A stretch of 64,000 nucleotides of DNA from Octopus vulgaris (taxonomy: Eukaryota): NCBI GenBank assembly GCA_951406725.2, contig OX597815.1:8494001-8558000 (forward strand), in the 5' to 3' direction. Position numbers and translations under genes: made by a program. Shown in pieces: positions 48,271 to 61,494 of the stretch. Each line of letters starts with the position of its first letter. Position 1 is the stretch's first letter. The notes under the pieces were generated by a model. It worked only from the letters and a program-made list of their open reading frames with translations. It was not told the DNA's origin and searched no databases.

Positions 48271-48399
48271 ACTTCAGTTTTAAAATACTTCAGTTTTAGA
48301 ATACTTCAGTTTTAGAATACTTCAGTTTTAGAATTCATGACAGTACATGTGCACCATTGTAAAAGTATTACAGTACATGTGCACCGTTGCAAGAGTAAT
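48271..48399. repeat. Short tandem repeats: 16-mer x4 and 30-mer x2
   Basis: (ACTTCAGTTTTARAAT)4 then (ACAGTACATGTGCACCRTTGYAARAGTAWT)2. Confidence 0.88.
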
Positions 48400-48864
48400 T
48401 TGCTGTACGAGCTGAGAGTCGTTCGAATTTTTGTCTTGAAGTATGAGCGGAAATCCACAGTACGAACGAGTTTAATATAAGCGACTCCTAATCGGCGCTG
48501 AGCTCGCACACGCTCCCCCAACAAGCGCAGCCTCCTCTCGCTCAGTTCACGTGTTTATCTCGTAATGGCAGCATCCTTATTGTGCTTTTCTCAGCATTTT
48601 TTTTTAGTTTTGTGCATTTTTTCTCTTTTATTTTATGGTAATTAGTAGTGTTGGCCATGGGTCCTAAGAAGGTCAGTGCAAAAGACAGTGCTGTGAAGAA
48701 CAAAAAAAGCTGATATGATAGAAATGGAGAAGGAAATCATTGATAGAGGAATGCGTGTAGTGGACATAACACGTCAATGCGACCAAAGCACATCGACGAT
48801 CTGCATCGTCCTGAAGAGAAAGGATGAGATCAAGGCCGTTGCAACAGCAAAGGCTGTCTCTAGG

Positions 48865-49217
48865 CTCCACGACGCCGTGGTGATCTATTTCTCGCTCACA
48901 ACATCATAAGCGCAAAGTGTAACCTCTCGAAAGAGCTGTTCTTCACTCCTGCTCTAGGGCGTCGGCTGCGGGGTCACTCCGAAAAGCTCTATCTGCGACG
49001 ATTTCATCTCAATCGAAGGAGAGGGGCTTTCTCCGTCCGGGTTGCGGATCCGTGGAATAAGCTGCCGGACGAGATAGTGAAGATGCCGACGACCGCTCGG
49101 TTCAAAGTCTCCCTTGACCACAAGTGGCCTGAACTCTTTACATGAACACCACCCTGTACATAACTCCATGTTCCCCTACACGGCCTTGCTTTTTTAGCCA
49201 AAAAATTAACTAACTAA
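48865..49217 (+). mobile_element. CR1-clade LINE 3' end nested in Tigger
   Basis: Near-identical to 17652-18002; (TAAC)n tail. Confidence 0.88.
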
Positions 49218-50242
49218 CACATCTGACCACGAAAAGATGGAAGAATTGCTTTTCCTGTGGATCAACGAGAAGCAAGTCGCTGGGGATACGATTACGGAGA
49301 CCATCGTCTGCAAGAAAGCACAAGCGCTGCATAGGGAACTCCTGAACAGAACCCTGGAACATCGACGGAGGAGACATTAGCAAATGCATTTAAGGTCAGT
49401 CGCGGCTGGTTCGATAGTTTTAAGAAGAGGACTGGTGTTCACAGCGTCGTCAGGTATAGAGAAGCAGCAAGTTCTGTCTGACACGAAGGTAGCTGAAGAT
49501 TTCGTGCGTGAATTCTGTCAGCTCATCGCAGCCAAGGGGTACATCGCACAACAGGCATTCAACTATGATAAAACTGGCCTTTTTTGGTTAAAAAAAAAGG
49601 GGGCCCCTAAAAACCTACATAACTGCAGAGGAGAAGAAAATGCCAGGCCACAAGCCCATGAAAGATTGTCTAACTCTAGCCCTTTGTGCCAATGTGAGTG
49701 GAGACTTGAAGATTAAGCCGCTCTTTGTCAACCATTCCGAAAAACCCGCGAGCGTTTAAGTCGCACAAAATCCTGAAGGAGAAGATGCAGGTCATGTGGA
49801 GAGCAGACGTTAAGGCCTGAGTCACCAGGCAATTCTGCACCGAGTGGGTCAACCTCATCTTCGGACCAGCAGTGAAAAAGTACCTTCTGGAGAACGATCT
49901 TCCTCTCAAGGCCTTCCTCATCCTCGACAATGCCCCGGCTCACTCTCCTAACTTTGAAGATGATATCCTGGACGAATTGAAATTCATAAAAGTTCTGTAC
50001 CTTTCACGCACCTCCCTCCCCCTATCTTGCAGTCCCTGGACGACCAACAGGTGATTTCTAATTTTAAGAAATTGTTACACCAAACACCTCTTTCGTCGAT
50101 GCTTTGAAGTCACCGAAAATACAAATCTAATCCTTCGTGAGTTTTGGAAGGAGCACAACATTATTAACTGCCTGAAAGTCATCAATATGGCCTGGCACTT
50201 AGAGGAGCTGACAACAGAGGAACTCCTGGAGCAGCAGCATCC

Positions 50243-50790
50243 GTGGAGACGCAATAGCCCAATGGTTAGGGCAGCGGACTCGCGGTCGGAGGATCGCGGT
50301 TTCGATTCCCAGACCGGGCGTTGTGTGTGTTTATTGAGCGAAAACACCTAAAGCTCCACGAGGCTCCGGCAGGGGGGTGGGGTGGCGACCCCTGTTGTAC
50401 TCTTTCGCTCCAACTTTCTCTCGCTCTTTCTTCATATTTCTAGTCCCCGACTTCCTAAGCAACCGCTGAGCCTGGATGCGCACTCATCCATCCGTCGATG
50501 TTCTCGGTGTCGGGGGTTGACCTGCTTTCTCTTCTGCGGGTCTTACGAATAGCAAAGGACTACGTATCGGACTTGTCTGTCCTTGTTTGTCCCCTATGTG
50601 TTTAGCCCCTTGTGGGTAGTAAAGAAATAGGTATTTCGTCTGCCGTTACGTTCTGAGTTCAAATTCCGCCGAGGTCGACTTTGCTTTTCATCCTTTCGTG
50701 TCGATAAATTAAGTACTGGTTGCGTATTGGGATAGATTTGATCGATTGCCCCACCCCCACTGCCCCAAAATTTCGGGCCCTGTTCCCAGA
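50243..50790 (+). mobile_element. Family C SINE head joined to family B tail and a further Meta unit
   Basis: GTGGAGACGCAATAGCCCAATGGTTAGGGCAGCGGACTCGCGG head; from about 50573 family B tail, then GGTATTTCGTCTG unit. Confidence 0.8.
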
Positions 50791-51131
50791 GTAAAAAAGA
50801 TTTTCTTTTGTTATGTTTTTTATAATTGTCATTTTCTTGTAACTGCACCTTTTCTGTTTTAAAACCCATAAAAAATTATTTGTGGGTGGTTTTTGAACGT
50901 TGGAACGGATCAATTATATTTTAATTGATTCCAATGGAGAAAATTGATTTGTAAAACGAGTAAATCGTAAAACGAGCTCGGTCATGAAACGAATTAAAAT
51001 CGTACAGCGCGATATCACTGTATTAATTTTTCCAAAAAATTATTGTGATTTTCGTAGGTGACATGAAATATTACATTAGTGTAGAATTTTTCAATAAAAT
51101 CAGAACAAACCTGTCAAACCGAAAAAAAAAA

Positions 51132-51300
51132 GGCGTAGGAGTGGCTGTGTGGTAATGGTAAGTAGCTTGCTTACGAACCACATGGTTCCGGGTTCAGTCC
51201 CACTGCGTGGAACCTTGGGCAAATGTCTTCTACTATAGCCTTGGTCCGACCAAAGCCTTGTGAGTGGATTTGGGTAGAGGGAAACTGAAAGAAGCCCGTC

Positions 51301-51346
<46 letters not shown>

Positions 51347-51564
51347 AATGTTTGTGTGTCTGTGTTTGCCCCCCCCCCCCAACATCGCTTGACAACCGAT
51401 GCTGGTATGTTTACGTCCCCGTAACTTAGCGGTTCGGCAAAAGACACCGATAGAATAAGTACTAGGCTTACAACGAATAAGTCCTGGGGTCGATTTGCTC
51501 GACTAAAGGCGGTGCTCCAGCATGGCCTCAGTCAAATGACTGAAACAAGTAAAAGAGCAAAGAG
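51132..51564 (+). mobile_element. CORE-type SINE (family A), full length
   Basis: Head, CORE-like block, (TA)n(TG)n, tail. Confidence 0.9.
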
Positions 51565-51749
51565 TGTATTTAGCATATAGAATGCTCCTGTAAGATATTT
51601 TCTCTCAACATTATTGTTGATATCATTCAAGATGTACTAGCGTGACCATCCCACCTGTAGGTTTGTGTCAGCTCGAGGTTAGTTATGATCACGCAGTATA
51701 TTGATCAAAGTGTTCTAGTCATCACCATTATCCTTTCATATTTTAAACC

Positions 51750-52211
51750 ATTTTCAACAAGTTCCTCAATTGTTCGACGACGGTTCTCCAAGATCAGTTC
51801 ATGAATTTTCGTGATGTTTTCATTCGTTCGGGAAGTCGACGGTCGCCCTGAACGAGGTTGGACCTCAAGTGACAAGTGACCATTTCTAAAGCGTGAAAAC
51901 CACTCGTAAACTTGTGTTTTGCTTATGGCAGCGACCTTGCAAGCTGTTTGAAGCATGATAACTGTTTCGGCTGCCGTTTTCCCCAGCAGAAAACAGAATT
52001 TCACGGAAGCACGCTGCTCCTTCGGTTCAGCCATCGCAAAACTCGACGCAGGAGGTTGAAACACTGCAAAACAAAGACGCACCACGTGGTAGTAAGACAC
52101 CACTGGACAATGCCTGAGGGTCGCATCAAGTGGCTTCTAGCGGCAGAAGCCTGAACTACAACGGGCTTGTCCTACAGAGAACGTTTCCAGTTACTTTTGG
52201 GCACCCTCTCG
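51750..52211 (-). mobile_element. mariner transposon 5' fragment (TIR and DNA-binding domain)
   Basis: TA|CGAGAGGGTGCCCAAAAGTAACTGGAA TIR; EQRASVKFCFLLGKTAAET...SKTQVYEWFSRFRNG..SLEVQPRSGRPSTS. Confidence 0.9.
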
Positions 52212-52899
52212 TATGGGTGCTATGAATGCGGCAACATTTCATCTTTTCTCACAGTTAAAAAGAAACTAAAATGCCATTGAAATAAGCACCACTGATATAT
52301 TAAGGTCTATTATTATCGAGTTTTTATGAAAGGTGTGAAAATCACGTATTCTAATTTTATATGCTTCGTAAATCTAAAAACTTACAACCTGTGCAACGAA
52401 TCAAGGACTGAATGCAAACAGACACATACATGCATGCTCAAATAAACGCATTGATCATGGACATACATGCACACACATATACACATGCATACATGTCATT
52501 CACATATATATTTCTGCTGACGGCCTTCTCCATACCAAGCTGATCAAGTAGGTATTATGTTGAACTACGAGGACGTGGGGCTGGGATGGGGTATCTGAAT
52601 TCAAATCCACATTAAGGTTTCTGCGCAAGTTATTCTATCGTACACGTTAAAACGCCTGTAGTTTCGCTGTTTAAAGTTGCTAATCTTTCATAGGATGAAA
52701 TAAGGGACCTCAAAGAAAACTTGTGTACATTCTCGCCAAATTGTATTTCCGAAGATTCTAGAAACTTTACTCGGGGTTATAAAATTTTAGAATAATGAGC
52801 CCTTAATCAGAACCACCCTAAACGTTACATGGAACTTTCATTTCCAGTTACTTTGGGGCACCCTCTCGTATGGGTGCTATGAATGCGGCAACATTTCAT

Positions 52900-53500
52900 C
52901 TTTTCTCGCAGTTAAAAAGAAACTAAAATGCCATTGAAATAAGCACCACTGATATATTAAGGTCTATTATTATCGAGTTTCCAAGAAATGTAATCTCATT
53001 TTCTTCCATTTGATTTTTCATATAATACTTTGCATACCAGGTTTGGCAAACCACGAAGTTTAGCTCCATATGAAAGGTTTCTCTTATTAGACCTACGTTT
53101 AAGAAGATAATTTTCATCCTTCATCTTTCTCTCAAAGAGATTATTCTTCTTGTAACCGGAAACTTTCTCCTACAGTTATATGAAATCTTTCAGCTTTCAT
53201 TCTTCGGCAGTTTTCATCATTTCTTAATTCACACATAATATACAGTTTGTAGCAAAAATGCCTAGTGTTATTAATAAACAGTGTTGAAGATAATCCTTTC
53301 TTCTGTTGATTATACATGTTTATCATGATACAACTACAACGTATTTCTAAACAACCATCGACTGGAAACTGTTGAAGACGAACATTAACCCCTCAAGCTC
53401 ACTGCTGTCGGAAGGTCTGCCAAAGCCACGGACACAGTCTCTTTTTCGAGACCAAACCAATGCAAAACCTCGCTCAATAAATTGTATCTTGTTTTCTTTT
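52900..53500 (-). mobile_element. Decayed Penelope-like RT fragment
   Basis: ETFHMELN...QMEENEITFLGNSIII resembles the FxxxLN...FTMExExxxIxFLD RT motif; very degraded. Confidence 0.35.
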
Positions 53501-55501
53501 TAGTGTACAATTAATCTGTCGCTTGAATTAATTGTACAGTTTTAATACAAAATATATTTAAATACTGATGACATATATAAATATAATAGTCCGTAGTGCA
53601 ATATGTAGTCAAATATTAACTACACAGGGAAATATAATAATAGATCCTCATCACCACTAAGTGGAGCTTGCTTGGAATCCTCTGTGATTGTCAATCCTAT
53701 AGGTGTTAGTAGGAGTTCTCACTTTTGGAAGTGACTCCGGTCAATGACATCAATACGATTCTATGTTCGATATCTTGTAAATTTTATCAATACTGACCAT
53801 ATATGTCGATATAGAATTCGCTGTACAAAACACATTTTTAGCGACGTCAGGTTACTGTATTTCTTTGAAAATTCTTTGTTTGTTGACTTCTAATAATCAT
53901 TTACAGATTTATTTATCGCAGAGCACTACCGTAGCCCTCCCGTTTTCCACCCCCGGACCCCACAAAAAAAAGACACATATTACCTACAGCAGACCCAAAA
54001 GTGCCGCTCAGTGTGGACTGCCTCTACCGCCCCACCCTAGCTATGCTAGTGCCGCTAAGTGCCATGATTTGGTTCGAAACAGCGTAGTTCTTATTAACGA
54101 GACGTAATTCGTGAGTATTCAGCAAATGAACTGACCCAATAATAGACTCTTCCCAGCAGAAACTATTTATGATACTAATTAAAGTTGTTCGCAGCACTTC
54201 TCTTTTGATATTTAACTTTATATGGCCGTCAAATCAAAACAGGATGAGTCGTTTAACAATCAACAAACCAAAGTCAATAAGTAAGCTGTTCCACTTTGCT
54301 CTATCTTTTATTACCCAGAATTTCGCTATTACTGGAACGAACTTCGCTTTTTCGTATGAAGTCTTTTTAGGTCAAAGAACAATACCCAGAATTTCATTTT
54401 CTGCATTTTTATGCTTATTTTCATTCGTTTTTCTTTCGACAACTGTGACAGTAACCATTCTAACCTGCGTGACACGCAGAAGACAGAACTTTAAATCACA
54501 AAAAATATCCCGTATAGTGTATTTTCTTCGCTCAATTCATTTTACAAATGCATTTACATAAACTCCCTTTTAAAGGTTGTTGCAAGCATGTTCGCTCTTT
54601 ACCTGTGAGTGCCCATATTTTAATCGAGTCCATCTAGCTTTACGTGGGCTGTCCACCCCTTAACGTGACAGACTAGCCTAACGCACCAACATCAGCTTCA
54701 TAGGGGAAAGCTTTTCCCGCTAATTACTCAATATGGTGAGTCGTGACGATCGAGTTCGGATCTCTGGCATGAGAGCAGTTTTATTCCGCTTTGCAGCTTC
54801 AGTGAGGAGATTTTTGTCAAGGGAGATTCTTGTCGCTATATTTTGTATTTTTCCCGTGGACTTCAACATGAAGAAGCCTGGTGAACTTATGTATTTTAAT
54901 TGACAGAAGTATTCACGTACACCAGTTGCTGTATTTTCTTTTAGCTGCGAAATAAATGTGGCAGTTAACTTTAATTTGTCTTCGTATTTCTTGACTAGCG
55001 GGACCCGCGAATATTTCACAGTATTAATGGTAAACCTATTGGGTTATTTCTGAAAATTTTATCCGAAAAACCTGAAAGCGTAGCCTGTGTTGTGTTTGTA
55101 CGGAAAGATAGTCGCTCATCTGCCACTCATTGAAAAGTGAAAGAAATTGGAATACGATGATTACTTAATGCACTTTATACTTACACTTTATATATAATTT
55201 ATACAGAATTTGGATCTTTTCGCTTTGACCGGAAGATTTTTAAAATAATTTCTTTGTAACTAAACACTTTTAAACTTCGTTTACTGGTATAATGTGTTAC
55301 ATAAAACATCTTTTTCTCTTGGCTCTCTTGAGAAAATTCTGTAGTTTGTAAGCTATTTGTTGTTTAATTTCTTGCCTTTCGGCAATTTCAACCAATCAAT
55401 GACGTCTATTGAGGTGAATACAATATCTGCCGTATTTTGTCAACATTTTCTGGCGGTGTCATATGAATTTGTCACTGCTATTTATGAGAAAAAAGATACC
55501 C

Positions 55502-55889
55502 TGTGGCCATAAACTGAGGGGTCACTCGTAAACAGAGCTGGTTAGCATCTGGCGCAGTCTGTCTCTCGACTTATTTTGCGCCAGAGTGTAAAGCCAACCA
55601 AATACGGCCTTCGGATAAGGCCTGCTTCATTCGAGCCTACCACGGGCTATAAATAAGCCTGCTTTCATTATTCTCGGTCTTTCGACTCCAGACCTTTTAA
55701 GGTCTAGTCACTGACCATAGAACTACTCAGCTATGTTCCAGTTCCAGCGACAGACGACCAGCCTGCCAGATGCCAACCAATCAGAGCAGTGGACACAACA
55801 GAGTCAAACTAACCATAGATGGTTGTAATCTCAAACGAGATCATTCTTATTGTGTCTCTCAAAGAGTGAGGATATCAAATATCGCTACA
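55502..55889 (+). mobile_element. Probable solo LTR
   Basis: TGTGGC...GCTACA termini, internal TATAAATA; abuts a truncated M1-related MITE; no TSD visible. Confidence 0.5.
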
Positions 55890-55945
55890 AATTTTTTATT
55901 TAAAACAAAAATGTTCCAAACTTTTGGTTACAAATGTATATATTA

Positions 55946-56353
55946 GGCGCAGGAGTGGCTGTGTGGTAAGTAGCTTCTCTATCAACCACATGGTTCCGGG
56001 TTCAGTCCCACTGCGTGGCACCTTGGGCAAGTATCTTCTACTATAGCTTCGGGCCGACCAAAGCCTTGTGAGTGGATTTGGTAGACGGAAACTGAAAGAA
56101 GCCCGTCGTATATATGTATATATATATATGTGTGCGTGTATGTTTGTGTGTCTGTGTTTGTCCCCCTAGCATTGCTTGACAACCGATGCTGGTGTGTTTA
56201 TGTCCCCGTTACCTAGCGGTTCGGCAAAATAGACCGATAGAATAAGTACTGGGCTTACAAAAGAATAAGTCCCGGGGTCGAGTTCCTCGACTAAAGGCGG
56301 TGCTGCAGCATGGCCGCAGTCAAATGACTGAAACAAGTAAAAGAGTAAAAGAG
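55946..56353 (+). mobile_element. CORE-type SINE (family A), full length
   Basis: GGCGCAGGAGTGGCTGTGTGG head to (GTAAAAGA)n tail. Confidence 0.9.
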
Positions 56354-57789
56354 TATCTCTAATGGATAATCCGGGTTGTTTCTCAGAAACCTCCGACCAC
56401 TTTCCGACCAGAGTGAGTGAGATCGGAAATAACTGGCATAACAGTCAAAGATCAAACAATAATTGAACAAGTGTGTTCTTGCATTCATAAACGATGAGAA
56501 TCACGTCTTTATAGCGACCAAGCTCAACCCCCTTGGTAACTTGTTTTGATTTCGCAGGAAACCAATTACAATTGGAACATTCTAAGTTAGATGAAAAGAT
56601 GCGCGTTTCTTCTCATAAATCTTCCCAATTGTTTCGTGTTATTTTTATTGTTGACCTCTATATAGCGCCTCTCGCCATTTTGTTTTAATAGCCAAGTCAT
56701 TTAATTTGAAAGATTTATTAAAAGGTTACCAGACGACGCAGATCTTTAGGTTGTGCGGACCTCGTGTCTTTGAAGTGGCTTCACAAGTCATACAAGTTTT
56801 TACCTCTCATGACACTTGACAGATTAAGTCCTTTTCAGCAAAGCTGTGCTGAGAACATTTTTTTTATTATTGTTGCTGTTATGTGTCTTGTTTTAGCAAC
56901 AAGCAGCTCCTAATGACATGGAATTACTTGTATATCTGCTGTTCAATGCCGGATGTATCATGTTACAAACTTGTACTTCCTATACATATGAAGAAATAAC
57001 AATGTGAAGTATTACGAAATATTCTTTTCTACTCTAGGTACAAGGCCCAATATTACAAAATATTAAACCCAAAAGATTAATGTGAGAGCTAAAAATATTA
57101 TCGAACCAGTTAGCAAGGACGTATCTCAAAATTCACAGAGAGCTATTTCTCCCATTAATGTCTAATATCGTAACATCTCGTCTTGATTCTCTGTATAGCA
57201 GAATATCAAACTCAAAGACTAATAGATTATAAATTAATTTATACTATTAATATAATACTAATTTGTAGCATTGGTATAATGTCTCAAATTTGGTGTATAG
57301 GTATAGTCGACTAGATCAATCCATTACCTTGACTGGTACTGATTTTATAGGCTTCGAAAGATGACAGTCGCTTAATCTCAGCAATCTTTTCAGACTTAAC
57401 AAAATATATCAGGGCTTTTGTTTGGTGCTCCAACATTTCTGCTAACACTTGTTCTGACTAATAAATAACATTAACTTTATGCTTTTGTAAACCGCAATTT
57501 AAGAGAGTAATAAAACAAAATGTACTGTTGCGACCCGAACCATTTATCCCTAACTTTGTGGGAAAATGCAAACTTAAAAAAAAAAAATTCTAATTTCTTC
57601 TGTCAGTTTTTTTTTCTTGCTTCGTAGACGATATTTTACTATTTGTTACAGGCAGGGCTTCCGAGACAAGTTTGACAAAGCAAAACAAAACTGCTTTTGG
57701 GTCCCATGAAAGGTGATTCGTTTCAAAATTCAAGAGGGCTGTACGACCTCTACTTGTATCTCAGAGCTCTGGACTAATGTAGAAGTTGA

Positions 57790-59490
57790 TGGTTGGGAAG
57801 TGGAATGTTATAATCCTCACGATTAAAGAACAGGGACTAATGGAGGAAGCCAATACTATACGTTAGATATCATTCGGTGTCCCTTCTATAAGGTTTCGCA
57901 AATTTGGATGGATGGTGGAAACTCCCCGACCCAAGTGTGATGCCAATTATGTCTGCGCAGGCGGGAGTGAAAATACTCACAAGGCCCGACTTTTGGATTG
58001 TGTTATCGAATGGATCCCACTAGGTGGGAGAAGATGTCTGAAGCTTAAGCTGAAGGACCGCTGTGGCTGTTGCAAGTAAATGCGCCAAACAGCGACACCA
58101 AATCCAAATCCTTGCTTAGTCACTGCAGCTTTAAATGGAATCATTTGTCCTTCAAGAAAATTTCAAAGTATGCGTTGGCATTGATCATCGGACATGGAGA
58201 GGAGTGACTGGCAAGAATGGCGACCCCAAACTCAACGTTAATGCAAAGCCTTATTAGACTTCACTGCTGGAAATGGGCTTTATATAATAAACACTTTCTT
58301 CCTACACAGATACCCATAAGTATACTTGACATAGGGATACTCTGGGACTGTAGTGGCTGATAGATTTTGTCACCGTCTCGGATTGCTTTTGATTCTGTAC
58401 TGGACGTTCGTGTAAAGTGTGGGGCCGAGCTATCATCAACTTGTCAACGTGAGACTATCTACAGCAGGGCGAACTCATATAACTGAAAAGTACAACGTGA
58501 TCTCGAGAATAAAGAGGGAAGCCCTGGTAGTTGATGGGATCAGATGTTAGTTCGTCCGTCGTCGTCGACAATGACCGAGAGCATCGCATGAGAGAAGATA
58601 AGGCACGGTGTGTCCGGCTGTGGCCAATCAGTCTGATGCGTGTTTGGAAGGCTCTGCCGCAGATCGGTCATTGGTGGTCCCCTGGCTTTGAAGGCGAGGG
58701 GTTGGTTTTGCACTTTGTGCTTCTGCAATCCTGTTCTGTGATATCAGATACACGTATGCGACACTATTGCATTCAAATTTAAAGACCTTCATGAACAAAC
58801 TGCGGATGTCGATACGGAGTGGAGATTGCTTTGTTCAGCAGTTTCTTTTTCGGCTATACAATGCTGCGGGCGAAAACGGCACGGCGTGGCGCAGGTGATA
58901 AAAGGACCCCCTGATTTAACCAGGAAGTTTTAAAATATCATCCGTAAAAGGAAGGAGGTTTGCAAAGTTTGACTTGCAAATAATATTTGGGATTTAAGCT
59001 GGACTCTGACTTTATATTGGCCAGTAAAGTATTCTAACAGACCATCTAGCAGACTACGTAACAAGAACCCCTCTTTTACACTTTCTATTAAGGACTCAAC
59101 CGAGGCTCTTCTCTCTGCAAAGAGGAGCATCCATAGGAGGTGGATGGAATACTTTATTGGTCTGAATCTAGTCACAATATAATTTGGACATGTAGGGCAC
59201 CTAGAGACGAAGAGGCTAAGTCATAGAAGCGATTAAATTGTTCAAATGTGACGAGGTTGCGAAGGGGAAAATAAAATTCGAGCTGAGGTGTTGGAAGCCT
59301 TCAATAGAGAAGGCATGCTCTGGTTGACTCGTGTATGCCAAGTGGCTAGGTCCTCTGGAAAAATACCAAAGCAATGGCAATCCAGAGTGTTAATCCCTAT
59401 TTTTAAAAAGGAATCTTCTTGTTGAGTCTTCCTGACTTTAGGTATCTGTAAAAAAGGTGCAGGGAAATAGTCGGGTTCAAGTTAGTCAGA
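57790..59490 (+). mobile_element. Old RTE-clade LINE fossil (APE endonuclease and RT start)
   Basis: KWNV start, LLDFTAGNGLYIINTFFLH, LIDFV, then IRAEVLEA..EGMLWLTRVCQVA..SGKIPKQWQSRVLIPIFKK; many frameshifts. Confidence 0.75.
58540..58785 (-). mobile_element. BovB-like RTE 3' end inserted in the older LINE
   Basis: Minus strand PICGRAFQTRIRLIGHSRTH and tail GTCATTGTCGACGACGACGGACGAAC. Confidence 0.7.
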
Positions 59491-59494
59491 AAGG

Positions 59495-59830
59495 AGCAGT
59501 TTCATCAATTGTCTATACTTGCTCTGGTGTGTAGCCCCCTTCAGCAATATTTTTTTTCAACTCTTCAGGATAATTAGTAGCAACCTCTGTATCCGCGCTC
59601 GCAGTTTCACTTGTCCTTTTTATGTTGCGCAAATTCTTGCGCTTTTTAAACCTTTCAAACCAACCTTTACTAGCCATTAGAAGTTTCATCTTCCTTTTTT
59701 TTTTTTTTAGCAAATCGTCGAATAAACTTTTGGCTCTTTTTTTGAATGACCGTCGTGTTTATCAGCGCATTGCATCGATGCTGATCCTCGATCCATACAC
59801 TAAAGAGTCGTTCCACCTTAAGAATTACAT
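59495..59830 (-). mobile_element. Tigger/pogo transposase fragment
   Basis: [18 protein letters not shown]...[11 protein letters not shown] followed by DET-like motif. Confidence 0.85.
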
Positions 59831-60009
59831 ATGAGACTTTGATTGGTAAATTCTAATACCAGCATTGGTCTCACTCTGAAGTTCTTATTAAAGATGGAAA
59901 TAAATAATGAGGTTGATTTAATTGATGAAAACATCTCCATATCAAGACATAGTAATATACCCCTGTGCAAAGACATACATCTATAAAAATATATATACAT
60001 ACAGACGTA

Positions 60010-60260
60010 TGTGGCATGTAAAAAACACCATTTGAGCATGGCCGTTGCCAGTACCGCCTGACTGGCCATCGTGCCGGTGGTACGTAAAAGCACCCACTGC
60101 ACTCTCGGAGTGGTTGGCGTTAGGAAGGGCATCCAGTTGTAGAAACTCGGCCAGATCAAGACTGGAGCCTGGTGCAGCCATCTGGTTCGTCAGCCTTCAG
60201 TCAAAATCGTCCAACCCATGCTAGCATGGAAAGCGGACGTTAAACAATGATGATGATGAT
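60010..60260 (+). mobile_element. (GAT)n-tailed short retroelement (family D)
   Basis: Family D body and (GAT)n tail. Confidence 0.85.
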
Positions 60261-60400
60261 GAATCTGGTAGGCAGCTTAAACGAAACAGGGCCCACATCC
60301 GCCCAACACCAAAGCTATCGACGATAACATGCACAACACCTGCAGCATCAGTGACAACACCAACAAGAACCACAACACCCACAGCAGATGACGGCACACA
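60261..60400 (+). mobile_element. Possible Gypsy integrase C-terminal scrap
   Basis: ESGRQLKRNRAHIRP resembles the GxxxRRNRxHLR motif; short match only. Confidence 0.3.
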
Positions 60401-60559
60401 CGGAATTCGTGCTTCCACAAAACCATCACCCCAACGGGCACCAACCACCCATCAGCAGCTCAACAACACGCACACACACAAACACACACACACATATATA
60501 TAAAGAGAGAAAGAATGCATTGTTAAGCATCTAAAATGCACAAGTTAAATATTCTCTCT

Positions 60560-60975
60560 TTCGAGTGTGATCGTTACCAACGTCGCCTTACTGGAACTTG
60601 TGCCCGTGCTAGTAGGGTGCCAAGAGCACCATCCGAGCATGATCGTTGCCAGAGCGGCTAACTGGCTTCTGTGCCGGTGGCACATAAAAGGGCACCATTC
60701 GAGCGTGATCGTTACCAGCGTCGCCTTACTGTCACTTGTGCTGGTGGCATGTGTAAAAAGATTCGAGCGAGGTCCTGACTGGCCCCTATGCAGGTGGTAC
60801 GTAAAAAGCACCCACTACACTCTCTGAGTGGTTGGCGTTAGGAAGGGCATCCAGCTGTAGCAACTCTGCCAGATCAAGATTAGAGCCTGGTGCAGCCATC
60901 TGGTTCGCCAGCCCTCAGTCAAAATCGTCCAACCCATGCTAGCATGGAAAGCAGACGTTAAACGATGATGATGAT
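60560..60975 (+). mobile_element. (GAT)n-tailed short retroelement (family D)
   Basis: Several internal subrepeats plus conserved 3' end. Confidence 0.85.
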
Positions 60976-61494
60976 ACGTAGACTCAATAAAATAACAATT
61001 TGTTTTTGTGGGCTAATGTTGAAACGTGACTATTAAGTTTAGCGCCAATCAAGTTAATGAAGAAATTTATATACAAAACGTTTCCTATTCGTTTAAAAAT
61101 CCGGTTCGATTTAATGGAAATGGTTAACATTCCGGTGTCTACAATATATTAATAATCTGATATAATCAGGAACAGCGCTACGCCCAAGGCAAACCAAGCG
61201 ATCGTCCTGGGCGCTGAAATCTATTGGTTCTACAGAAACATTTCTTAATTTACTTAAAAATACGGATTTTCAAAGAACATCAGAAAAGAAAATAAAAGAA
61301 AAATTGCAACAGTTATTCAACGTTAACCGAAATAACCATATTTGTCAACGAGGAATTGATGTAGTTGTTTCAGCAATGTTTCAGTAGTATCAGAAAATCG
61401 AAGTCATCCCCTGCTGAACTAACTGTACCCTTCTGTTTCTAGATATATTCTTTAAACAGTTGTCGCGATGTTATGATATGCTGTCGTGGTAAGA

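Larger units (their letters stand above)
48400..51020 (+). mobile_element. Tigger/pogo-like DNA transposon fossil with nested insertions
   Basis: MGPKK start at 48658, HTH STSTICIVLK, MEELLFLWINEKQ, FKVSRGWFDSFKKR, QAFNYDKTGLFW, LILDNAPAH; right TIR ...CGTACAGCGCGATATCACTG|TA. Confidence 0.9.

Noticed and set aside
50243-50320. tRNA gene (also 5400-5472, 45846-45910 and family A heads)
   Set aside because: A/B boxes run directly into SINE bodies; no proper acceptor stem or terminator.
54169-55019. ORFs of 130 and 99 aa in non-repetitive-looking DNA
   Set aside because: No recognisable motif; adjacent to decayed retroelement sequence, so not supportable as genes.
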